IMG/VR virus record: IMGVR_UViG_2690316227_000007
Strand: one strand, 5' to 3'
Source of the DNA: a virus
Lineage: Duplodnaviria > Heunggongvirae > Uroviricota > Caudoviricetes
DNA length: 5,905 nt
The stretch's first letter is position 1; every line of letters begins with the position of its first letter. The translations under genes were made by a program, and so were the position numbers. The notes beneath the pieces are model-generated. The model worked only from the letters and a program-made list of their open reading frames with translations. It was not told the origin of the DNA and ran no database searches. Below, piece by piece: positions 1 through 4,670 of the stretch.

Positions 1-87
1 GAGTTGATGGCTCATGATGTCCCTCTGGGATGCGCTCCGGATGAATATGATGATCTCATATCAGGAACTTGTTCGCACCTTCCATAG
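1..87 (+). CDS. possible 3' end of a gene entering from the left edge (partial); product unknown
   Basis: Plus frame 1 is open from position 1 to TAG at 85-87 (28 sense codons); the other two plus frames hit stops within the first 17 nt. No start or RBS is visible inside the window, so this is weak evidence only. Confidence 0.15.
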   Translation, partial: ELMAHDVPLGCAPDEYDDLISGTCSHLP

Positions 88-272
88 AAACAAGCTTTAC
101 AACTTCATCAAAGTTTCTCAAATCCTAATCCACTTTGCAAATCCACTAACCATGCTGAATGCTTTCTGTTGTTAAACATATCCGCTGCTGGCACCAAGCA
201 GACAAACACACTAACTCTACCCTACTCCACAAAAGAGCCAATCAATATCTGAACTAATAAACTTTAATCTCA

Positions 273-695
273 TCACTTCAATAAATATCGAGCATTTCCC
301 TGATAGAATGCTAGTATGCGCTGCATAACTTCACTCTTCCGGCACTCGCGACAGATTATGTTCTGACGCCTGTCGTAGCGACGTATTTCTCCGTCAGGTA
401 ATGACCAGATAAGGTCCGGATCAACCGCAGATGGTTCCTTCAGCTTTGCCCTTGAGAGCTTTTTACGGGCATTTTGCCAGTCCTTACGCGCCTGTTCAGA
501 CGGGAATAACCCGTAACCAGAGTTGTATACATCGCCGCTGGCAACCAGCTCTCTTGCGAGAACGCTCATCAGATATCTTGTCGCACCTGTCTTGACTTCC
601 AGTTGCCGTAACGTCTCACGCCCACTCCGGCGTACGAGTTCAACAACCTGCCCTTTAATTTTTTCCCGCTCTTCTTGTGTAAAAACTTTTGCCAC
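273..695 (-). CDS. hypothetical protein, 140 aa; possible helix-turn-helix DNA-binding protein, function unknown
   Basis: Complete minus-strand ORF from the six-frame track. GTG start at 693-695 preceded by AGGAGG (plus 700-705) with a 4-nt spacer; TGA stop at 273-275. Begins 40 nt downstream of the replication gene stop, same strand. Charged, protein-like composition with a plausible HTH stretch (ETLRQLEVKTGATRYLMSVLAREL). No Walker A motif. No family recognised from memory. Confidence 0.6.
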   Translation of the reverse strand: MAKVFTQEEREKIKGQVVELVRRSGRETLRQLEVKTGATRYLMSVLARELVASGDVYNSGYGLFPSEQARKDWQNARKKLSRAKLKEPSAVDPDLIWSLPDGEIRRYDRRQNIICRECRKSEVMQRILAFYQGNARYLLK

Positions 696-735
696 AAGCC
701 CTCCTGAAAATTACCTCATGACCAGAAATTAACAC

Positions 736-1725
736 TTACCCCCTGAAGCCCGGCGGAATTTCGGTATCCGGCTCAGAAATATGATTCACACAACGCTGTA
801 CAGACGAACGCCCCAGGCGGATAACCAGTTCATCCCATTTTTCGCGAAGCTTTGACGGACTCATGATATTTTTTACCCAGAATGGATCCCGCTGCACCCG
901 ACCAAACATTTCACAAATTTGTCTGTGAGTTCTGCCATCCAGCATCCGCATTGTGCGCACGTCGTTGGCCCATGCGGTCCAGTTGGGTTCTTTCGGTCGC
1001 GAAATCTCGCCATCATCGCTGGCGGCCTGCTCGTAAAGACTCACGATTCGCCCCCAGATCCACTGCGCACACGCCAAATCTTCCTGGCTGCCCCACTGGC
1101 GTTTTTTCGCACTGAACACAACCGCGTCAGGGTGTCGGGTTAAAAAATCCTGTTCAACCGTCTGCGGGTCCGGTTGCGAAGCTTCCGGACGAGAAGTCTT
1201 TTTATTCTCTGTAGTAATCTCTGTTGTATTCTCTGTAGTAATCTCTGTTGTATTCTCTGTAAGATCATCAGGCCATTTTGACCCGATGACATTGAGTCGT
1301 TTTGAACCAATGGAGCGTTTCATTTTGACCTCTTCCATCGTGTCATTTTGACCTGATGGAGCGGCGCATTTTAAACCGATGGATTCGCTCAATTTGCCAC
1401 CATCTAAAAGCTCGCTCCCGTAGTTGATCGTGTAGAAATTGGTCATATCGCGCTTTGATTTATTGAGCTTTTCACAACGCAAAAGCCCCAGCGTTTTCAG
1501 ACTTGCAAACGCGCGCTTTAACGTTGACTCTGACCAGAATGGGAACTGTTCCAGCCATTGTTCCGTTGTGTTATAAATCCAGCGAACACCATCACATTCC
1601 ATGCCGGAGTTGGTATCTCTCAACCAGTAGTGCAGTTGTTGCAAAACAATGGCTTCGTTTAAGCCAATTTTCATTGCCAGCTGCGTGTTTATAACCAGTG
1701 GGCGTTCAGCAAAAAGAAGACTCAT
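736..1725 (-). CDS. phage replication initiation protein (O-like / replisome-organizer N-terminal domain with DnaT-like C-terminal tail)
   Basis: Long minus-strand ORF ending at TAA 736-738. The N-terminal ~100 aa (MSLLFAERPLVINTQLAMKIGLNEAIVLQQLHYWL...) resemble phage O-like DNA-binding domains. The C-terminus ...VNHISEPDTEIPPGFRG closely matches my recollection of the E. coli DnaT C-terminus (...SEPDSQIPPGFRG). Start is uncertain: ATG at 1723-1725 (weak GGATGG upstream, overlaps the upstream gene stop by 20 nt) is preferred; alternatives are TTG at 1779 (track) or ATG at 1672-1674. Confidence 0.8.
   Translation of the reverse strand: MSLLFAERPLVINTQLAMKIGLNEAIVLQQLHYWLRDTNSGMECDGVRWIYNTTEQWLEQFPFWSESTLKRAFASLKTLGLLRCEKLNKSKRDMTNFYTINYGSELLDGGKLSESIGLKCAAPSGQNDTMEEVKMKRSIGSKRLNVIGSKWPDDLTENTTEITTENTTEITTENKKTSRPEASQPDPQTVEQDFLTRHPDAVVFSAKKRQWGSQEDLACAQWIWGRIVSLYEQAASDDGEISRPKEPNWTAWANDVRTMRMLDGRTHRQICEMFGRVQRDPFWVKNIMSPSKLREKWDELVIRLGRSSVQRCVNHISEPDTEIPPGFRG
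1205..1264. repeat. five tandem 12-bp direct repeats (ttctctgtagta / atctctgttgta alternating) inside the replication gene
   Basis: Read directly: ttctctgtagta atctctgttgta ttctctgtagta atctctgttgta ttctctgtaaga. Encodes the peptide repeat TENTTEITTENTTEITTEN in the interdomain linker of the initiator. Confidence 0.8.
1274..1387. repeat. five ~23-bp iteron-like direct repeats (consensus cATTTTGACC-n-GATGGAgcg); putative origin of replication embedded in the initiator gene
   Basis: Cores cattttgacc at 1274, cgttttgaacc at 1298, cattttgacc at 1321 and 1344, cattttaaacc at 1367, at a regular 23-24 bp spacing, each followed by a GATGGA-like element. By analogy, the lambda origin lies as iterons within the O gene. 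Confidence 0.55.
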
Positions 1726-2227
1726 AATTCCATCCAGCTTTTTGTTGGTATTGCTGTCGATACGCAAGCTTGAAAGCAATTGCTTTTTCTATAAGTTCGT
1801 CAGTTTCACGATCTACAACGGCAGGATCTGCAAAAAGCAGTCCGGATTCCACCACATCGCCATATTCTTTATTTAACCCGGCGATCATGTACGTAATACT
1901 TTTTCCATCACTGATCTCACGATACAACCTGAAATCACTAATCCGGATAGCCTCCATAATCGCAGGCACTAGCGCCGTGAACTTTTCACGCTTATCCCTG
2001 GTGTCGATAGCCTTCCAGCGTTCGAATATCTTCACTCGATTAACGCCAAGCGCTCGCTGATCAACCGCGCCACCTTCATCTGTGACACGCTGAACATCGA
2101 TGTTCGGGCGCTCTTTCAAAGCCCAGAATGCTTCAGTGATTAATATCGTCGCCTGCTCCTGTGTCATTCCTGGTCGACATATCCAGGCATCCAGAGCCTC
2201 ACGAGCCTGTTCAGGAGTGATTTTCAT
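1706..2227 (-). CDS. 173-aa protein in the CII / YdaT position downstream of the Cro-like gene; putative regulator (YdaT-like), function unverified
   Basis: Complete ORF with ATG at 2225-2227 and TGA at 1706-1708. The start overlaps the dicC stop by 17 nt and the stop overlaps the preferred start of the replication gene by 20 nt, suggesting translational coupling. Assignment to the YdaT family is by position and size only, not by verified similarity. Confidence 0.65.
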   Translation of the reverse strand: MKITPEQAREALDAWICRPGMTQEQATILITEAFWALKERPNIDVQRVTDEGGAVDQRALGVNRVKIFERWKAIDTRDKREKFTALVPAIMEAIRISDFRLYREISDGKSITYMIAGLNKEYGDVVESGLLFADPAVVDRETDELIEKAIAFKLAYRQQYQQKAGWNYESSFC

Positions 2228-2441
2228 TGTTCAACCGCCCCGCCCGCTTCGTCTTACGATATTCATCATAAACTTTGGGATCATACTGAAGCTCCCCGCC
2301 AGATGCCTCCTGTAGACGCATCGCGCGACCTTCGGGAACTAAATCCCCTTTCCAGCTATAAAGCGAAGCCAAACGAATACCTGCTGCTTGTGCAAGTTTT
2401 GTTTTTGAACCGAAATACAAAAGAGCGTCAGTTTTAAGCAT
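2211..2441 (-). CDS. dicC: DicC, Cro-like HTH regulator (76 aa)
   Basis: ORF MLKTDALLYFGSKTKLAQAAGIRLASLYSWKGDLVPEGRAMRLQEASGGELQYDPKVYDEYRKTKRAGRLNNENHS matches my recollection of E. coli DicC in length and sequence. Divergent from dicA. ATG at 2439-2441 with AAGGTG about 7 nt upstream on the minus strand. Confidence 0.9.
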   Translation of the reverse strand: MLKTDALLYFGSKTKLAQAAGIRLASLYSWKGDLVPEGRAMRLQEASGGELQYDPKVYDEYRKTKRAGRLNNENHS

Positions 2442-2524
2442 TTAAAACACCTTTATTGTTAGTCATGACTAACAAAATAGATGTTAACAAAAACATAGTC
2501 AATACGATTTAGCATTAGCTAACT
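2442..2524. promoter_or_regulatory. divergent dicC/dicA control region: 20-bp perfect palindrome operator (2456-2475) and candidate dicC promoter
   Basis: TTGTTAGTCATGACTAACAA at 2456-2475 is a perfect 20-bp palindrome. On the minus strand, TTGACT (plus 2497-2502), a 17-nt spacer and TATTTT (plus 2474-2479) form a good sigma70-like promoter whose -10 and predicted start overlap the palindrome. The dicA promoter was not confidently located. Confidence 0.55.
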
Positions 2525-2932
2525 ATGGAAACAAAAAATTTAACTATCGGCGAACGCATTAGGTATCGTCGGAAAAACCTCAAACACACCCAAAGGTCTC
2601 TTGCTAAAGCCCTGAAAATCTCCCATGTGTCTGTATCACAATGGGAACGGGATGATAGTGAACCTACAGGGAAGAACCTTTTTGCCCTCAGCAAAGTATT
2701 GCAATGCTCACCAACATGGATTCTATTTGGCGATGAAGACAAGCAACCAACACCACCTGTTGAGAAGCCAGTTGCCTTATCCCCCAAAGAACTAGAGCTC
2801 CTTGAGCTGTTTAATGCACTGCCAGAATCAGAACAGGATACCCAGCTCGCCGAAATGCGAGCTCGAGTAAAAAACTTCAATAAACTCTTTGAAGAATTAC
2901 TAAAAGCCCGTCAGCGGACAAATAAAAGATAA
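2525..2932 (+). CDS. dicA: DicA, XRE-family HTH repressor (CI-like) of the dicB operon, 135 aa
   Basis: ORF METKNLTIGERIRYRRKNLKHTQRSLAKALKISHVSVSQWER... (135 aa) matches my recollection of E. coli Qin DicA almost exactly. HTH_3-type motif (QRSLAKALKISHVSVSQWE). Divergent from dicC. Confidence 0.93.
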   Translation: METKNLTIGERIRYRRKNLKHTQRSLAKALKISHVSVSQWERDDSEPTGKNLFALSKVLQCSPTWILFGDEDKQPTPPVEKPVALSPKELELLELFNALPESEQDTQLAEMRARVKNFNKLFEELLKARQRTNKR

Positions 2933-2966
2933 CATCATCAATGAGTTATCTTTTACCACATCAATC

Positions 2967-3021
2967 ATGTTAGCCATAACATACAAAATCACTTGACCTA
3001 TATGTTAGCCATGGCTAATCT
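2967..3021 (+). promoter_or_regulatory. dicB-operon promoter with operator-like palindromes
   Basis: -35 TTGACC at 2993-2998, 17-nt spacer, -10 TAATCT at 3016-3021. The perfect 14-bp palindrome TTAGCCATGGCTAA (3005-3018) overlaps spacer and -10. A related imperfect site ATGTTAGCCATAACAT lies at 2967-2982. The 11-mer atgttagccat occurs twice (2967-2977 and 3002-3012). Confidence 0.5.
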
Positions 3022-3098
3022 TATTTGCATCAACACACCGCACGGTGTTCTCAGCAAACAGTTCCGCTACCCCGGCGTTAAGGGGAAATGAGGTCAAC

Positions 3099-3254
3099 AT
3101 GGATACTATCGATCTTGGCAACAGCGAATCTCTGGTATGTGGCGTGTTCCCCAACCAGGACGGTACGTTCACCGCGATGACGTATACCAAAAGCAAAACG
3201 TTTAAAACCGAATCTGGAGCGCGTCGCTGGCTGGAAAGAAATTCAGGTGGGTGA
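3099..3254 (+). CDS. ydfA: YdfA, small Qin-prophage protein (51 aa), function unknown
   Basis: ATG at 3099 with GAGG 5 nt upstream. Product MDTIDLGNSESLVCGVFPNQDGTFTAMTYTKSKTFKTESGARRWLERNSGG matches recalled YdfA. The track ORF 3045..3254 is the same frame extended upstream to a GTG. Confidence 0.85.
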   Translation: MDTIDLGNSESLVCGVFPNQDGTFTAMTYTKSKTFKTESGARRWLERNSGG

Positions 3255-3255
3255 T

Positions 3256-3384
3256 ATGGATTTCGACACAATCATGGAAAAGGCTTACGAAGAATACTTC
3301 GAAGGTCTTGCCGAAGGCGAAGAAGCTCTCAGCTTCAGCGAATTTAAACAGGCACTTTCCAGTTCGGCAAAATCTAACGGCTGA
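3256..3384 (+). CDS. ydfB: YdfB, small Qin-prophage protein (42 aa), function unknown
   Basis: Not in the ORF track (below its length cutoff). ATG at 3256-3258, 1 nt after the ydfA stop, with AGGTGG upstream; TGA at 3382-3384. Translated by hand: MDFDTIMEKAYEEYFEGLAEGEEALSFSEFKQALSSSAKSNG, matching recalled YdfB. Confidence 0.8.
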   Translation: MDFDTIMEKAYEEYFEGLAEGEEALSFSEFKQALSSSAKSNG

Positions 3385-3413
3385 TAAGCGAAACAGCACC
3401 GCGAGGAATCAGT

Positions 3414-3632
3414 ATGCAGAAACGAGAACCCGTCATCATCGCGCCAGACTATACCGATGATGAACTTTATGAGTGGATGCGCCAGAAAATTAATGCAGCG
3501 CAGGATCTGAAATGGGCCAATGAAGCCAGGGCTAAGCAGGCTGAAAATCTGTCCGCTCTGGAGCAGGATATCACTAATCTGGAAAAAGCAGCGACATTAA
3601 GCATTGCCAGAATGATTACATACCCGCGTTAA
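3414..3632 (+). CDS. ydfC: YdfC, small Qin-prophage protein (72 aa), function unknown
   Basis: Track ORF MQKREPVIIAPDYTDDELYEWMRQKINAAQDLKWANEARAKQAENLSALEQDITNLEKAATLSIARMITYPR with GAGGA 6 nt upstream of the ATG. Position and size match ydfC of the dicB operon. Confidence 0.85.
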   Translation: MQKREPVIIAPDYTDDELYEWMRQKINAAQDLKWANEARAKQAENLSALEQDITNLEKAATLSIARMITYPR

Positions 3633-3973
3633 TAGCTAACCAACGAAGCTAAGGTTGGTAATTAAGGAGTTCTCCACGGATGAGGTGGAGTGCGTGCGCC
3701 GGACACGGGTGAGCATCCGGCACTGACAGTTTACTGAAAGGATATTTCCCTGAAAAGTCAGACCATAACGCGAAAGCGCACGGCGAGGTAGCTGGTTCAT
3801 AGATAGCCTGTCGTTAAATTTTCGTCGACCGTGCGCTTCCGGTTGTGGCAATCCGCGAAATGGCGCGGCGGTAAGTATGGCGGGGTTATTCCTTCCCCCG
3901 TTGAGGACACCGGGTTGTCAGGTTGACCATACGCTTAAGTGACAACCCCGCTGCAACGCCCTCTGTTATCAAT
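3633..3973 (+). other. hairpin-rich untranslated spacer between ydfC and dicF (probable DicF precursor / processing region)
   Basis: No plus-strand ORF over 21 codons with an ATG. Several perfect inverted repeats: 3672-3677/3685-3690, 3698-3703/3716-3721, 3774-3783/3829-3838 (10 bp), 3881-3885/3896-3900, 3912-3920/3940-3948 (9 bp). Confidence 0.5.
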
Positions 3974-4030
3974 TTTCTGGTGACGTTTGGCGGTATCAGT
4001 TTTACTCCGTGACTGCTCTGCCGCCCTTTT
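3974..4030 (+). ncRNA. dicF: DicF small regulatory RNA
   Basis: Sequence TTTCTGGTGACGTTTGGCGGTATCAGTTTTACTCCGTGACTGCTCTGCCGCCC followed by TTTTT matches my recollection of E. coli DicF (about 53 nt). Located between ydfC and dicB as in the Qin dicB operon. Ends are uncertain by a few nt. Confidence 0.85.
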
Positions 4031-4031
4031 T
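3989..4031 (+). terminator. Rho-independent terminator forming the DicF 3' end
   Basis: GGCGG (3989-3993) pairs with CCGCC (4021-4025), followed by C and a T5 run (4027-4031). Inner complementarity CAGT (3997-4000) / ACTG (4012-4015). Confidence 0.6.
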
Positions 4032-4200
4032 AAAGTGAATTTTGTGATGCGGTGAATGCGGCTAAGCGCACGCGGAACAGTTAAAACCAAAAACAGTGTT
4101 ATGGTTGGATTCTCTGTATCCGGCGTTAATTGTTAACTGGTTAACGTCACCTGGAGGCACCAGGCACCGCATCACAAAACTCATTGTTGAGGGCGCGATA

Positions 4201-4389
4201 ATGAAAACGTTATTACCAAACGTTAATACGTCTGAAGGTTGTTTTGAAATTGGTGTCACTATCAGTAACCCTGTATTTACTGAAGATGCCATTAACAAGA
4301 GAAAACACGAACGGGAGTTATTAAATAAAATATGCATTCTTTCAATGCTGGCCCGTTTACGTCCGATACAAAAAGGATGCTGGCAATGA
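4201..4389 (+). CDS. dicB: DicB, cell-division inhibitor (62 aa)
   Basis: ATG at 4201 with GAGGG 7 nt upstream. Product MKTLLPNVNTSEGCFEIGVTISNPVFTEDAINKRK... matches recalled DicB with a few substitutions near the C-terminus. The track ORF 4096..4389 is the same frame extended upstream to a GTG. Confidence 0.9.
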   Translation: MKTLLPNVNTSEGCFEIGVTISNPVFTEDAINKRKHERELLNKICILSMLARLRPIQKGCWQ

Positions 4390-4577
4390 ATACAGCATTT
4401 GCACTTGTTCTGACAGTTTTTCTTGTTTCCGGAGAGCCAGTTGATATTGCAGTCAGTGTTCACAGGACAATGCAGGAGTGTATGACTGCAGCAACCGAAC
4501 AGAAAATTCCCGGTAACTGTTACCCGGTCGATAAAGTTATTCACCAGGATAATATCGAAATCCCGGCAGGTCTTTAA
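4386..4577 (+). CDS. ydfD: YdfD, Qin-prophage lysis protein (63 aa)
   Basis: ATG at 4386-4388 overlaps the dicB stop (ATGA). Product MNTAFALVLTVFLVSGEPVDIAVSVHRTMQECMTAATEQKIPGNCYPVDKVIHQDNIEIPAGL has a hydrophobic N-terminal segment and matches recalled YdfD. An in-frame ATG at 4377 is an alternative start. Confidence 0.85.
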   Translation: MNTAFALVLTVFLVSGEPVDIAVSVHRTMQECMTAATEQKIPGNCYPVDKVIHQDNIEIPAGL

Positions 4578-4670
4578 AACAGTTCCGTAATAAATATCCG
4601 GTTTCATTCTTATATGCCAGCAATGGCAGGGATTTGTTCATCCTTAAATCTGTCATGAGGTTAAAACAAA

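Noticed and set aside
86-118. Hairpin AGAAAC...GTTTCT after the possible upstream ORF as an intrinsic terminator
   Set aside because: 6-bp AT-rich stem with a 21-nt loop and no following T-run; not a credible Rho-independent terminator.
523-732. 69-aa plus-strand ORF
   Set aside because: Lies antisense within the better-supported 140-aa minus-strand gene; Ser/Thr/Arg-rich low-complexity translation; no RBS.
882-1143. Two overlapping plus-strand ORFs (77 and 74 aa)
   Set aside because: Antisense to the replication initiator gene; Arg/Pro/Ser-rich composition typical of reverse-frame artefacts.
1193-1400. DnaA boxes and an AT-rich unwinding element next to the iterons
   Set aside because: No close match to TTATCCACA on either strand and no clearly AT-rich block adjacent to the repeats, so the origin call rests on the iterons alone.
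736-1779. Track start (TTG at 1779) or ATG at 1674 for the replication gene
   Set aside because: TTG 1779 has no RBS and would overlap the upstream gene by 74 nt; ATG 1674 has no RBS. ATG 1725 was preferred but the true start is uncertain.
1503-2315. Plus-strand ORFs 1503..1694, 1649..1876, 1770..2060, 2100..2315
   Set aside because: All antisense to the contiguous minus-strand operon (initiator, 173-aa gene, dicC); no RBS, low-complexity products.
2515-2880. 121-aa minus-strand ORF
   Set aside because: Antisense to dicA, which is recognised with high confidence; Ser-rich artefact.
3005-3460. ORFs 3005..3271 (-), 3202..3399 (-), 3251..3460 (+)
   Set aside because: Overlap ydfA/ydfB/ydfC in wrong frame or antisense. 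The 3251 ORF starts at a GTG and is out of frame with the hand-translated ydfB (3256..3384), which matches a known small protein.
3636-3851. 71-aa minus-strand ORF in the ydfC-dicF spacer
   Set aside because: TTG start, no RBS, Arg-rich; lies across the hairpin-rich region, where open frames arise by chance in GC-rich palindromic sequence.
4096-4577. Upstream-extended versions of dicB (4096..4389) and ydfD (4332..4577)
   Set aside because: Extensions begin at GTG or weak ATG without RBS; the internal ATGs at 4201 and 4386 have good Shine-Dalgarno sequences and give the known 62- and 63-aa proteins.
4062-4607. 181-aa Cys-rich minus-strand ORF
   Set aside because: Antisense to dicF terminator, dicB and ydfD; the many Cys/Asn codons mirror the codon usage of the sense genes. 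No independent support.
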